64,000 nucleotides of DNA from Kudoa neothunni. Lineage: Eukaryota > Animalia > Cnidaria. The position numbers and the translations under genes were made by a program. The notes beneath the pieces were generated by a model. That model was given only the letters and a program-made list of their open reading frames with translations, did no database searches and was not told where the DNA came from. Of this stretch, positions 1 through 14,071 are shown in pieces (the stretch's first letter is position 1; each line of letters starts with the position of its first letter). The stretch covers positions 8,942,528 through 9,006,527 of the forward strand of contig OZ199839.1 in assembly GCA_964304625.1 (NCBI GenBank), read 5' to 3'.

Positions 1-467
1 ACATTGGTACTCTTCTGGCGTAATTGTTCCGTTGGACTTATCAATGTTTTGAGGAACATATTTAAAGAATCTTTTATATTTCGGCGATGATTTTTCGCAA
101 AGACTTGTTGGTTGCTTTTCTAAGGGATGCTTACAACCTTTGAGCATTTGATCGGGAGAAGCAATCACTACAATCAATAAGTCAAATAAATTCGTTATTT
201 TAACTTACAATGGCTTTCACACTCATTTCTTGATTTGAAATTGTTGAAATCAAGTCCAGCTCCTGAATAACTAAATTCTTCACATTCGGCAGTTTTATCG
301 TTTATTTTAAATCGTGTAGTTGGTTCTACACCTGTCACTGCTACTACAGTACCAGTAGCATTGTACTTTTCAAGTCTTATATCTAAAAAAGTATTGATTA
401 ATGATCCTCAAGTAAAATTACCTAAAGATACGTAGTGTACTAACAAAAAGGGAAATATTAGCATCAT
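1..467 (-). CDS. Secreted multi-Kunitz-domain protein, 5' part (runs off the left edge); paralogue of the gene at ~51750-53460
   Basis: ATG at 467, signal-like MMLIFPFLLVHYVSL, 39-nt phase-1 intron (421-383), then RFKINDKTAECEEFSYSGAGLDFNNFKSRNECESH (Kunitz C-x2-F-x-Y-x-G...NNF-x5-C). After a second short intron, DQMLKGCKHPLEK resembles EKLQGCKKPMHP in the other Kunitz gene. Confidence 0.8.
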
Positions 468-1015
468 TTGAATCGAAGTTGATTAACTATAAATGAACGA
501 AGAATATTTTCATTGGAAATTAATCCTATTATATATTATTTGTATTTGATTATCGTTTAACGAACAATTATATCTTCCATTGTTAAATATTCTACATTTG
601 TATTTTTTAAATAGACTAATGATTTAATAAGAGTACATTTCTATTAATGAAGTCTATTCCATACATATTCTTCGTATCTATTATATATCAAAGAAACAAT
701 TTCTTTAGGCATTAATTTTTTCAGATACAGACCAAAGAGCATTTATGCTTTTATAATAGTTCTATTCTAATATTGGTAATATTGTATATTACTTTAACTA
801 TATTGAGTTATCGGTGCTTAATATATCTAATTTAGCTTAACATTTTTGGATCGACTCATTATTCATGATGAATTTCCTGTTTTAAATTTAATTTTTTATT
901 TGATATCAAATTTATTCTTTTATCATGGAAAGTTGTAAAAACAGTTTATTTTATTCATATAGGTATAAATTTGATTGGGGAGTTTTTTAATTCAACTAAT
1001 TGGAGCTGTGTTAGT

Positions 1016-1933
1016 TCTTTTTTTATATAAGGAGGACTGACAGTATATGTGTGCCCTATGTAGGCGTGTGTGGTAATCTTTGTCCTTATAGAGAGATATT
1101 TATGAAACTGTTAATAGTTTTAAATTGGAAAAAACTTTTTAATTTGTTTTTATACCATCAAAAGCTACACAAAATTTGAAAAATGTTGATTTTAAGCTTG
1201 TTACACGAATCACAAAATTTCAGCAATAGAAATAAGATCTGATTATTAGAGAGTGAAAATCGGTAAAGTAACATTTGACCTTATATGCTTCAACCAAGCG
1301 TTAATTTAATAACGATATCTCTCAGTGCATAAGAAAAAAGTGTGTCCATTTCGGTACGTATTTAAATAAACACCATATTCCTGGATCTAAAACATATTTA
1401 ACTTACAGAGTATAATATCTAAGTTCGATAGATGGTTTAAATAACTGATAATAATGCCAACTTTTTAAGAATGACATTTTGGTAGCATATGCCATAATCA
1501 GACATATTGAAAACTCTTATACTGGACTGGGACTGGATCCCCTATTCCGTAAGATCACCTGTTAAATTTTACTTTACGAGATAAGATTTACTGTATGAAT
1601 TGAAATTTTATTTTGTATACTTATTTTTAACGATATTAAAGGGTTACGTTGATGTTTTGAGAGAGAATATGTTATAATATTCTGGATAAAGGGATTTTAA
1701 TTAGAGCAATAAAAATGAACCATCGCAAATTATCACCAAGTTATACATTTTTTGCGATTTTACTGATCTCCCTTAAATAATCTTAAATTAACTGAGCTTA
1801 TTAGAGTCATTAAATGTATGATATATTAAAAGTTGATGAAGTTAAAGGATTCATGCATTTTTTATTCTTTAATCATCCTCATCTATGATAAAATATATCC
1901 CAATCCAATGCGAAACTGGGAAATATGTATTAG
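1016..1933 (+). mobile_element. Non-autonomous Helitron-like element (same family as 43936-45071)
   Basis: 5' TC...TATATAAGGAGGACTGACAGTATATGTGTG...CCTTATAGAGA matches the start of the 43936 element. The 3' end CCAATGCGAAACTGGG...ATTAG|T is a degenerate hairpin plus a CTAG-like end. Confidence 0.55.
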
Positions 1934-2515
1934 TTACTAGTTTAGTACAGGTAGAAAATGAAAAATGTTTTTTTTCAAAATTTTATAATATCATTTGTAA
2001 TATTAGATATATTCTTAAATGAATAATATATATTTGAAATTAAAATAATAAAATTTTAGAAAATTTATATTACTAAACAATCACCTATACTGATAATTAA
2101 TAGTTGAACAGCTCTACTTATATTTCTCGAATTTAATCTTCCCTAATAAATATATTATTTCGTAAGGTTAAATATGATAATATGGTCGATGACAAATATT
2201 TAAGTGATTATAAATCATGCAGAAAAACATATGAGTTGTTTTCTCTGAAAAAATAAAATCATGTTGTTTAATGCATAAAAATTCAATTCATGAAAATGAT
2301 AAAAAGTATATTTTTATATATGGATTCATAGAATATTTGTTATTATATATATATTAATATTTATTCAGATTTATATGAGATAATCTTCCCAAGGTAAATA
2401 CATCATGAATTTGGATTATATAATAACAACTAAAAATTCGATATTTTAAATGAAAAAATTTATAAAAAAATACTTGTATCCATAATATATTGTATGAAAT
2501 GAAGATTCAACATAT

Positions 2516-3116
2516 TTAGTAAACTTTTATTCTTCTAAATTTTGAATCTTTGTGTTTGAAATAAATGTGGCTTAACAGATTTAAAATACGTTCCTAATTC
2601 AGAACGAAAACGCTAAAAAATAAGATTATTTAAAACATAACGAAAGTAACTTACTAATAGGATATTTGATCAATTAGATAGACCAAATTGTCATAACCCA
2701 TATTTGAGGTAATAGAGCTGGTGTAATAAGGTGAATTTACTCGTCTGCGGCAGCAACTACTTTTTTGAGCTATTCTCACGAGAATGATCTAGATTAAAGT
2801 TACCTTGTGGGAGTTTATATGAGCCATTGATAATTTTTAATAAACTTCTGATTTGACTCATCAAAAAAGTAAACAATTAAACAAAGAACACATTAAGTTA
2901 CGAGCATTGCCCTAAAAGAGCTCCCACTACGCAATACGGATTTAGTAAAGTGAAATGAATTAATTTTTAATTCATACAAAATTCTAACCTCAATATTAAG
3001 AATTAAGAGCACAATTAATGTGCCAATATAAAGTGTTGTAATCTAGACTCCAATATGTGGATATTCCTGACTGAAAAACAAATCGTTCTGTTTATCCAAT
3101 TAAGCCAAGAATGCAT
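2516..3116 (-). pseudogene. Possible decayed multi-exon orphan gene with an N-terminal hydrophobic segment
   Basis: Short GT-AG-bounded segments give MHSWLNWINRTICFS|ITTLYIGTLIVLLILNIE ... LKKVVAAAD ... ERILNLLSHIYFKHKDSKFRRIKVY*, but at least two acceptors lack AG and frames do not join cleanly. Confidence 0.3.
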
Positions 3117-3749
3117 TTGAGTAAAAAAGTTTTTAATATCGCATGTAGGAAATATAGAATACAATTTTTTTAGATTCAAAGCCAACTTTGATGGAATCTA
3201 TATATTTATTTGATTTATTTTAAATTATATTTAAATATAAATATAATTTTCGAAATTATTTGGTTAAAATGAATAATAAATCGTTAAAGTTATAAAAGAG
3301 CTTCAAAGAACTCAATTTAAATTATATGAAATAATAAAATCGGTGGAATTTATTCTTCGTTAAAACCTTCCAAAGAGCAGTGAATTACAGAAAAACTTGG
3401 TCATATAGAAGTCGGTAAATATAACAGAAATCCCGAAGTACCTTGGACACAAAAGTTTGTTTCCGACTGCACATTTAGATTGATCTTAGAGACCGAAAAC
3501 TTCCAACATTTAATTTTTTATTTATATATAAGAGAATAAATACAGTTTACAACTATATTAGATATTAATTAATAAAAAATAGAAAATAATAATAACATAT
3601 TTCAATAAAGATACAAATTCGAACAACAACGTGGGTTTCTCGATATATATAATAATTAAAGATAATTTCATAACTGTATCCATATTTATTGTAAAATAGG
3701 AATTCCGATGGTATTTATATTTATTATAAATAATAAATAAAATTTTCTA

Positions 3750-5500
3750 AAATGTCGAATAATTTTCTTAATATATTAAATAATTTAAAGAATAGAATTT
3801 ATAATAAAAAATGACAATAACAAAATATCGGATGGAGCAAGGCTTTCAATAATTATAAACAGAGAGAGAATGTTCAACAAAATAGCTGGAATTATAAATA
3901 TTCATAAAACAGTATGAGAGCATTGATAATGATTGGCGATGTGTTCAGAACATCAACAAAGAACTTATATTCCAGAAATGTTTAAAAATTGGTCGTATAT
4001 AAATCCACATTTAAAAATATTGGAACTTAAAATTTAAAATCAGAGCTATCTTTGTTAAGGATGGAATGATTCAGGTTTACGACAAAAAATATATTTTATT
4101 ATTTATATAAAAATTAATAGTAAATATTCGAAAAATATTTTGATAATAATGAAGATGAAAACTTTAAAATAGGAATTAGAGATTTCATAGTGAAGGATTA
4201 TTGCAATTATAATGCCCTGCAAAATCCATAACGTTCATAATTTTGCAATACAAATAAATGTCTGTAAAATCATACGAATAAAAGATCATTAATTAAAAAA
4301 TATTAAAAAATGAGGGAGACGAGTAGAGAAATTGATAGGATACGAAATATTCCTCTTAAAATTATAAATTTTCTTCAAAATAACCAATTTAATTTGTTTT
4401 GAAATATATCTAAAAATGAAAAATATAATGAAAAAACACCATTTCTATATAAAATTTGTTAGTTATTTGATATTTAGAATTTTAAATTATTAATTAATGA
4501 TTAAAAATATTAAGGGCTCCGCACTTAATGTATTAAAAAACTCGAAAGGAATTTGTAGAAAATACCAAAAATTATACAAATAACGAATTATTTTAAATAA
4601 GGATTAAGTATATATAAACTTCATTAATTTAAAAAAGACTTTGTATAATCTCATACTGATAAAATTTGGAGATTTGGATAAAAAAATTGAATAATAATCT
4701 GGGCCGCAGTATATATCGATGGTAAAGACGGTTTTGATGGGCTGGGCAGAATTCGGTTATTAGGATGGGTACCTCTTTAAGCAAAACCACAACTAAAGCT
4801 ACACCCAGCAGCTGCTTATTAAAAACGAATATCAATGAAGAATTACAATTAGGAAATATTATCAATCACAAAATGTATCAATTGTATATTCAGAATGTAA
4901 AAAAGATGATGGAATTGTCGTTTCATTGAGATTAAATTGAATAAAAGATCAAGATAGATGAATTATCTATAAAAAGAAGAAATCCTACGTCTTTTACTTT
5001 TACCCTTGGGCATAAAAATACGAAAGAAGAAAAATAACACTTAACGTATCATTTCGAGATGGAGCAATAACTTTCCATAAACACCATAATCGTTGAACAT
5101 GTTTCATGTATTTACGAATACATGAAATGTAACTAATAACTCGCGGGGTTGTATTAAGTTATAAACATTTCAAATCTACATTGTAAAAGCTAATAAATTC
5201 CAAATTCAAATAATTAGAAAATATCACCATATTAATCGACACTGCAGAATATCCAATAGATTTGTAAATAAAAACAACAATGAAATTTTTAAATCAATAA
5301 ATATTAAAATATAGGAATCAAAAAAATGAACAATCTCCTATTCCGGATTAAGGAATGAAAGAATTATAAATATCTATTATCCATTAGTAACAGATTTGAA
5401 TATTTCAATAAAATATTGTTCATAAAATGTGATTTTACTACCATTAACAAAACGTAGGGTAAATTGATTGACAAAACAAACCCCTATGATAAGAAATCCT
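3750..5500 (+). mobile_element. Possible heavily decayed non-LTR retrotransposon (RT/RNase H) remnant
   Basis: A-rich plus strand with faint motifs in the expected order: KGSALNVL (~4512, cf. RT QGS-LSP), VYIDG (~4708) and FTLGHKNTKE (~4998, cf. RNase H WVPGH..I.GNE). No intact ORF. Confidence 0.25.
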
Positions 5501-6615
5501 GAGCATAACTTTGAATTTGATCAGACCAAGTTTAGTAGTAGATTCCAAAAAATTTTCAAAATCTGGAATTGATGATCTAGTTGTTACATTTGCGAATTAC
5601 TGTGTTAATAACTTATGATTATTAATTTTTAAAATAACTTCGTTTAAAGAATGTAGGGGAGCGATTATTTAGATTGAAAAACCACCAGGTATGGTGTTCC
5701 TTGTAGTATTTAGTCAAATAATGATTTTTTTAGGACACAAGATTATATAAAGCACAAGAACATAATGGAAATAATACTAATATATAAAAATATTTAACAA
5801 GGAATTATACTAAATAATTCACAAAGAATAACACTATAAAATTTCATCCTGCTATCTTTGTATAAACGAAGGTTTGTGTGGACCCTGAAGAAAATCAAAC
5901 CAGAAACAGTGAACAGGTATATCAATATTTTATTCATATGAAAAGACGTGGTGAAAAACAAACGAATTATCTTAAAAATGGTCTCAATTAATCATCGGAG
6001 AATCAACTAGTGCTTTGAACTCTTGGGTGGTCAAAGGCAGGAATGCATACTAAGCACAAATTTAATGCCAGCTACTAATATTACGGAAATGATAATCTAT
6101 TCGTTAAGTATTACTCGAATATATTAATAATAAAACCAAGGTTGGATTATAATCAAAAATATACGTTTCTTTGACCAATTTGTTATCGATGTGACAATAT
6201 TTTTTATTTATATATATTTAATATAATATTTGATAAATAAACTTTAGAAATAATTAAACGTAATATTATCATACTATCTACTCTAAATTTAATAAATTTG
6301 TATTATGTATCGAAAACCAACTTAAAAATTTTATTATTCCACTTTTTCCTATGTAGAATATAATCATGATTATAGATTATGCCAAGGTTATTAGAAATAA
6401 CACCCAAGATATTACATTATATTATATTAAGATAAGATATTGAATTTAAACGATCTATATTCGTTCGTGACTATTAGTTCATAAACACTTCTTAAAATTA
6501 ACATTTATTTTTTTAATATTTTTTATATCCCTTTGAATATATCTATTAACAAAAATTATAGTGACTGTGACTCTCTTCGGCAATATTAATAACTGATCGC
6601 TATATTTGTGGCGCG

Positions 6616-7540
6616 ATGAATCTTAACAAGAAAATATATACTTTAGAGAATATTAACGATATCACTAATTTGGATTATGGTTACTTCCATGGTGGTTTAG
6701 ATTATACAATAAAGACGTTACAAAGTCTTGGCTTGACACCAAGTTATTCTAAAGTTGGTGTGGCGGTCCAAATTTTTTTGCTTCTACAAGAAAAGATACT
6801 GGTGATGGATATCCGTATAAAAGCATTTTATGCGGAAAAAAGACTTCAATTCGAAAGGGAACAATTTTCGAAATTTCTAGACCTCCGTTGTGTAAGGTCT
6901 TCATATTTATCGTTTCGATACTTCAACTTCCATCCATGCCTTACCATGACTTGACTTATGAGGAAATTAGAAAACATCTTGGAATATCATCCAATTCCTC
7001 CATATGTGAATGGGAAAATGTAATATATGATTTAATGGCCTCTAAATTGGACGAGGAATTTTCAAAAATTGACAAACGGGAAGTTATCGTTCAAATTGAT
7101 GAGATCGCCATATCAACAAGAAAATACAACGTGGAAAGGATTCTTCATAATCAACAATATTAGATAGATGGTGGTATCGACGAAAATGGAAATTGTTTTT
7201 TGCACATAACTCAGTGAAGAAATAAAGACATTCTTAAAAAAATTATCCTTGACAACGTCGAAGAAGAGTCGATCATTTGGACGGGCGGTTAGGAAGGATA
7301 TAATAGCTTGGCAGAGTTGGGTTTTGTGCATGGAGTAGTTATTCGCCGAAGAAAGTTTGGTTCCTCTGAGGGAATACATACTGACAAAATTGAAGCTACC
7401 TAGGGGGGCTTTTTAGCGCAAATATCGGAACGCAACAAATAAAAACCTAGAGACTTTTCCTCATTGTGTGGCAGATTTTATGTATCGGAAACAATATTCC
7501 AGCAAAGAATTATCAACGTTATGTAAATATATAATGATTA
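6616..7540 (+). mobile_element. Degenerate Merlin / IS1595(ISXO2)-type DDE transposase
   Basis: ORF 6888-7163 contains VIVQIDEIAISTRKYNVER, then *IDGGID; later frames give I.WTGG, GIHTDKIEATW-like and FPHCVADF segments typical of ISXO2-like transposases. Several stops and frameshifts. Confidence 0.8.
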
Positions 7541-7559
7541 ACAACAATATACAGCCAGT

Positions 7560-8340
7560 GACTGGTTTTTCGTATTCCCCTCGAGATCAGGAAGAAAGTG
7601 TTTAAAATTGGTTACTTCCTGTTCTGCGTACTTTTTCGCGCTCGCATTACAGAAAATTATTCAATTTTTTATTAAATAACATAATTAAAATGCGAAAATT
7701 TTGGTAAAAACGTTCAATTTTCTTTAAACGAAATCACAGTCATTAACCGGGTTTGAGTAATCCCTTCGGGGTCTCGGAAAAATGTGTGTGAAGTTGGTAA
7801 CGTCCAGTTTTACGCATTTATTAGCGCTTGCATATAATAATATACGTAGCTATTTAATGTAATTGAATTGCATACATTTAATCGACAAATAATTTTTTTC
7901 ACTTGCAAATAAAATAATTAGTTGTTTTGGTCACCATAAATTCGTCCAAATATTTGAAATATGGTTTTTATCATTGCGAGCATGATCAATCGATCTTTGT
8001 TGTCAAACATGGATAATTTTTTATACCCATTTTAATAAATTCACAAATGAAGACGACAGTAATCGATTTGTGTTCAATCATTTAAAAAGTTTTATTTATG
8101 TTTTTAAGGTGTCATAGGGGTTTGATAAAGGATCGATGTGGAGGTTACGTCTGGTGCTTTATAGTAATAAATTTGGCTGCTTTTGGTGAAATATTGTGGA
8201 CGTATTTTATTATTTCAATTAATTATTTCGAACATTAAAAAAATTCATCAATTTTTTTCAAAAACGTTCCGAAAAAGTCCTTAAAACTGGTCAGTCACGT
8301 GATCAGAAATCTGGAATTTTCGCATCCTTATTATATTAGT
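7560..8340 (-). repeat. Repeat-element remnant: degenerate ~90-bp direct duplication (7560-7650 / 7746-7835) and a Helitron-like 5' end near 8340
   Basis: ACTGGTTTTTCGTATTCCCCTCGAG...CGCGCTCGCAT aligns with ACCGGGTTTGAGTAATCCCTTCGGG...AGCGCTTGCAT. Minus-strand CTAATATAATAAGG...TCACGTGACT resembles the end near 13560-13607. Confidence 0.4.
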
Positions 8341-9240
8341 TAGATCCAAATTCTTGAATAAAAACATAAAAAAATATATTTAATGTGCATTTGATTATTC
8401 AAATTGTATTTCTTTTTAAAAAGTGCGTAGAACCGGTCACTAACTGTATTTTAATGTTTATGATGTTTTTCGAAGTGGGTCTCAGTCACTGCAATTTAGC
8501 CATTAGAAATAATAAAATTAAATGTATTTATAAAAATATACAATTTATATTATATTTAAGTTTGGACCCAACACAGCTTTTGAGAAAAAATGAAGCGCCC
8601 CCCTTCATTAAATCTCAGCGCATGCGTACTTATATTACTTGAAATACATTTGCTCTTCTAATATCTTATTCTAGTAACAAAATGTTCATCAGAAATACTT
8701 TAAAAACTGTTTGTTAATTTACCTTAATTTCTTACTAAAATATTCAACCTAATTAATCTCATCCCGATTTTTGTTTAACATTTGAGAAATTAAATTACAT
8801 TATTTTTAATAATTATTTATAATCTCTAAGGTGGATTCAATTAACCGGCACTGTAAAATATAAAGAAGTGGATGAATTATTAAATTATGATTTACATGGT
8901 GGCAGATTTGAATCCAAGCGATTCTTCATTACAAGTTTTATACAGAAATATTTTTTTTAAGATATTCTATATTTGATTATTTCTGACCCAACCTTTTGCT
9001 CTTAAGGACCAGAAATAATTATAATTAAAACTAATGACATCTGAATATTATTTAGTAAATAATATTTACTTTAACAATAACGACTCCTTGATTTTACTAT
9101 TTTAAGAGGTTTTTCAACCTAAAATATTATTAGCGAAACAAGGCAGTTCGAGTTGATTTAGAATGAATAAAAATGGTTGTGTGAAACAGAAATTTGATAA
9201 AAGGAAACATTTATGTTAATTTTATTGATTGTTTCGATGA

Positions 9241-12200
9241 TTATTTTGAAATGTGGATCACTGGTAGATCATATGCAAAATTGATGTAGCCGGGTTTGGC
9301 TCGTTTGACCATCCACGTAACATACAATATAACACCTACAATAAATAGCAGAGTTGTCACAGCTACAGAGCTGATTCCCCAAATCCAAATATTGTGACCT
9401 ACTAAGAAAATTAATGATAATGAATTAGTCTAGTTAATTAATGATACCAAATCTATTATCAGCCTTTATTTGAATGGTATGGTAGGTTCCAAAATTGAAA
9501 ACCTGATACTCAATGGAATGGGTTTTCAAAACTAAGCTACAATTCTTAACACCTAGCGTAGTATTATTTTTGAATTGGTTCTTCCTATCCAAAATGATAT
9601 TGTTGCATAATTTTTGTAGTTGTTGACTCGTGTATTGAATAAACGAGTTCTTCTCCAAATCAATTCTTAGGCAATCATCGTAAACATCGCACAACAGATG
9701 TGGAGACTTAAAAAAGGTTATTCAAAGAATAGCTACACAAAATTTACCAATATTTCACAATGAAATCCTTCGAAACCAAAGTCGCAATCTTGATGTTCAA
9801 AGCAGACACTATACGTCTCATTTTCCTTTACGATAAATGAATAATTATAGAATGTGGAACCCATATTATATTCAATCAAACTAACTACGACTTACATCCT
9901 CCTGAATCATAGCAGAGCAATCGTGAGGGTTGCATAGGGTTTTCTTTAAAAAGGCATTGCTATGACAATCATTGAATCCACATCGGATTTTGGGTGAATT
10001 TCTTCTACTGTTGCAGCAGCCGTAATTGTTCGGCATGCAACAAGAGTCCTCTTGACATTTGGGTGAGTTTTTGTTGAAATAATCAAGGTTTTCAATAGAT
10101 TCCAATGGAATACCCAATGTTGAGCAGTTGTTTGTAGATCTTGATAAATTTTATTATTCCCAATAAGATACAATGATACGTTCGATCGTTACACCTGCAT
10201 ACACCACAAACCAAATCCCCCCTGAGATGGCAATTTTCACTTTGCTTTTCCTGAGTTATTTACCGTTATTAATATTAGATATAATAATAATAATAAAGTT
10301 AATTAAAGAAATAAATAATTGTTTTTTGTTATATTTTATTAAGAAATTAATACATAAGTTTCGTGAGTTTCACTTTCACAGTCACAAGCACACTTAGCAG
10401 AGGGCTGAAGGTTTGGAGCGATATTAGATCCACCGTATATTATAAATTCGTATCTAACGTGTTTATGTGTTATAAAATATAAAATAACCAAAGTATACCT
10501 TTTCCCAACGGATATTGGAGGACACTTTTTTGCACGAATAGTTATATTTATAAAACAAAAATCATTGTTGGGCATGAAATAACCGACACGGACATAGGGG
10601 TGAGAGTAGTTTCTTCATTTAAAATATTTTATTATTTAACTAGATATAAAAATTGATTTACTTGCAGTCGTGCGTAGATGTAAACTCAAAATATTCGTCG
10701 CTTTGTGGAGCAATCATATAAATGTTATGTTTGTCTACCTATCAACATTTTTGTGAGATGTTATAATTTATAACTTACGAAAATAAATTCTCTGAAAAAA
10801 TGTTCGAAGGGGCTTTCGGTGTGAAATTCTAGAAGTTCGCCTGCTATAGGTCCACCATGTTTCATGAAATATGGCTAAATTCGTTAATAATTTAATTAAT
10901 AAATTAACTTCTAAATACCTTAAAATTTGTATAGACCTCTTCGGATTCTGCAAAAACATATAGGTTGATTTTATTTTGCTTAAGCTTTGAAGCGAACTTA
11001 TTCATATCGATATGAAGCTAATGGTAATAATATAACATATTAAAGAGTCAATGTAACCAAACACACATAGATATAGATATACACATTGGTTGTGATATAC
11101 TGAATGTTCTAGGAGACACTTATCATATATTTCCATATTCAAAACTGGAAACTATTATAAATAAGAACATTTGACATATAAATACGAAAGTTTACTAGTG
11201 GTCTTGTGTTTGACATGAAAGGGCTTGAGTTGGTTATCAGATAAATATTTTTGTCAAATTGATCATTATTCGACCAACCGATCTTAAATTTGTTCTGAGG
11301 TAAAGAACATAATATTATTAATAATAAAGTTACATTATCACAATTAATCAACTGAAGAATTGACTCAAATAATGGTTGTTGTAATTCACCAATTCTACTA
11401 GAAGGGGTGAAATTTTTTAACCTCTCAATCTAAAATTATTTCAGTTATTTAAATTAGTAAAAGCTAATTCATAAATACAAGAAATTTATTATTATCTTGG
11501 AAGGATTGTTCGTGACGATAAATGGATTTCCTATAATCATATATTAAAGTAGTCATCGAAATTTAACAAACATAGAATAAGGGATATAACGTTCATCAGA
11601 AATATATTCGATGACACCAAGCCCAAACTTTTCATATCTGTTTCTCTCCAATCGAAAGTTCACTGTTTCAAAATTAATAATTATTAAAAAAAATATTACC
11701 ATATTGGAGTAAGGCTTTTTGGACATATTTAAAAGTGATATCATCAGCCAAATTTAAATCAAGCAGAAGATAATTCTCGGAATTTTTATAAATCCTATCG
11801 ATTTTCATAAAAATTTTCTGACCTAAAAATTACATTATTACTCACATAGGTACTCATTTTCTGAGAGAACTTTTGTTCGGATCCATGTAAATTATATCAT
11901 CAGGGTGAATAGAATTTGCGTCTAAACTTTCTTGTGACTTTTGGGATTGATTCTATAAAGTTCAGCACGTTTTACATTAGGTGAAAAATACTTTGAGTTT
12001 GTTCTTGGCCGCCAAATAATTATCACACGTTGTGGTTACTTCACAACGATCCTCATTAGCGTAAGACTGAAATTGTTAATAGAGAATAAATCTTTTCGTA
12101 AACATACCCCATTTAGACACCATGTACCCCCTCTGTTAAACAAACAAGCAATACAGCTATCAGCGTTGGGTGAGCTAGAACGTCGATCTAAAAATTAAAC

Positions 12201-12265
12201 GTATAAAATAATCAATTATTTAGGTTACTTAATCTTGACAACAAAAATATGATCAATATTAGCAT
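9241..12265 (-). CDS. Divergent integrin beta-like subunit, paralogue 1 (multi-exon)
   Basis: Signal MLILIIFLLSRL; PSI CIACLFNRGGTWCLNG|SYANEDRCEVTTTC; betaI landmarks YLLLDLNLADD, KFGLGVIEY, LFESILQLINC, KIGWSNNDQFDKNIYLITNS; I-EGF ENCHLRGDLVCGVCRCND and CDFGFEGFHCE; beta-tail CDVYDDC; TM IWIWGISSVAVTTLLFIVGVILYVTW; tail VKRAKPGYINFAYDLPVIHISK, TAA at 9241-9243. Confidence 0.85.
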
Positions 12266-14071
12266 TATTAGATTGTCTGCAAATATCAGATCCTTATGTG
12301 ACTATATCGTTCAGATTTGGCACGAAATTAACTATGATTATTTTATTATCATATTATCTAACACTTGAAGTGATAATAGGATAAAAAATGATAAATTGTT
12401 TCAATTTTTACCACTATTTACTGAAAATAATTTGTAAAATTTGTTTTAATTAATAACTAATTGATTATTTGAATATAAACCTGGTGATTAAACTATTGTT
12501 TGGCAAATATATATTAATGTTTTTAAAGTTTAAAAAATTGCCGGCAATGAATAATATAGAGGGTATTGTTCGAAACGCGGTGTTTACTAGAATAATCAGT
12601 GATATACTGATTATACAATGTTAAATTTACACAATATAGACTTGTATATTCGCTAAATTATTTTATTTATATGTATACGAAAAAATTTAACATATGGATA
12701 ATTATCAAAATACGAATAATTTATGATACATGCAATTAATCCATGTATTTTATTAAAATATTGTAACGATTATATTAAATAATATAAAATGTAAACCTTC
12801 AATAATGTTATTTAGTTCACAAATAAAAATAAACAAAGGTAAGACTAAGAGCCAATATTTATTTTAAGTTTAGTTATGTATTGTAGTTCTTTAGGTTAAT
12901 AAATATCTTAGAATGAGAATTATGATTTATTATCAATACCGAAAGTCGAGAATTTTACCGTGAGAACGATCGTCACATCGCTGATCAGATAATGAAATAT
13001 ATAAAGGATACGAGAGATAAATGATTTCAAAATCTCAAAATCACTAAATTAACCGCAGAATCTCATAGAGTGTGAGTAGGTTTTCTTTCTTGTGAATTTT
13101 AAACCTAATAAATATTTATTTAGAAAACTAAACAAAAACATTATGGGAACTTTAGAAATTATGTAAAATAATATAGTTTTGTTATTATCATTATTATTGA
13201 TTACTAATGTCGGCAGCTTTAATATTTTTTTTATTCTAAGAGATTGAACATTAAATTCAGGTTTTTGAGATTAGATTCTTTCTCAAATAAAAATTAATAT
13301 TACTCAAACTGTGATAATTTTATGAAGAAGTTATTAAAGCTGTTTCCTACCTATAATTATTAATGAAAAAATATTTTAATGCACAAGCTATTGACATGGA
13401 TCCATGTAATCCTCATCTTATTCACAGAATGTTCTTACGGTCATACCGTATGGAATATACTCTCTATTTAGTCAGATGTTGTAAAAATGAGTTGAATCGT
13501 GTGTAAATCTTTTTTTAATTTCCCATTTATGCAAATTAAAAATTCACGATTCTCAGACAATAGTCACGTGACGCGGACTAAGATCGGAGCTTATTTAATG
13601 TATTAGAATTATTTCATTTTTTATCATTTTACATTCAATGTATTAATAATGTTTAAAAGTATAAAATATATTAATCTCAATATTTTTAAACTCATCTCAT
13701 ACGCGATATGAAACTATTTTCATTACACATTAAACAGACCGCGTAAGTATTATTATAAGAAATAAGCGTATATTTCGACCAATTGGAATATTTTAGTAAT
13801 ATTTTTACCTCAAATCCACCCTTAATTTTATATGGGAAATAATTAAGTTAAATTTTTATAATTTAGAATTAATAATGATACCATTTTTGAAGTAAATTCA
13901 CTCAGCTATTCTAGGAAATATTCTATATCGTAATAATTGAAACTGCTCCTCCCATAATCACACTCCAAAAGCACACCAAAGCGAAATATTCAGAAAACCG
14001 GACTTGAGGAGAGTAATGCGATAAATTAGGTCGAGTAATTAAAATGACATTGAAATAAAAATAACTGATTT

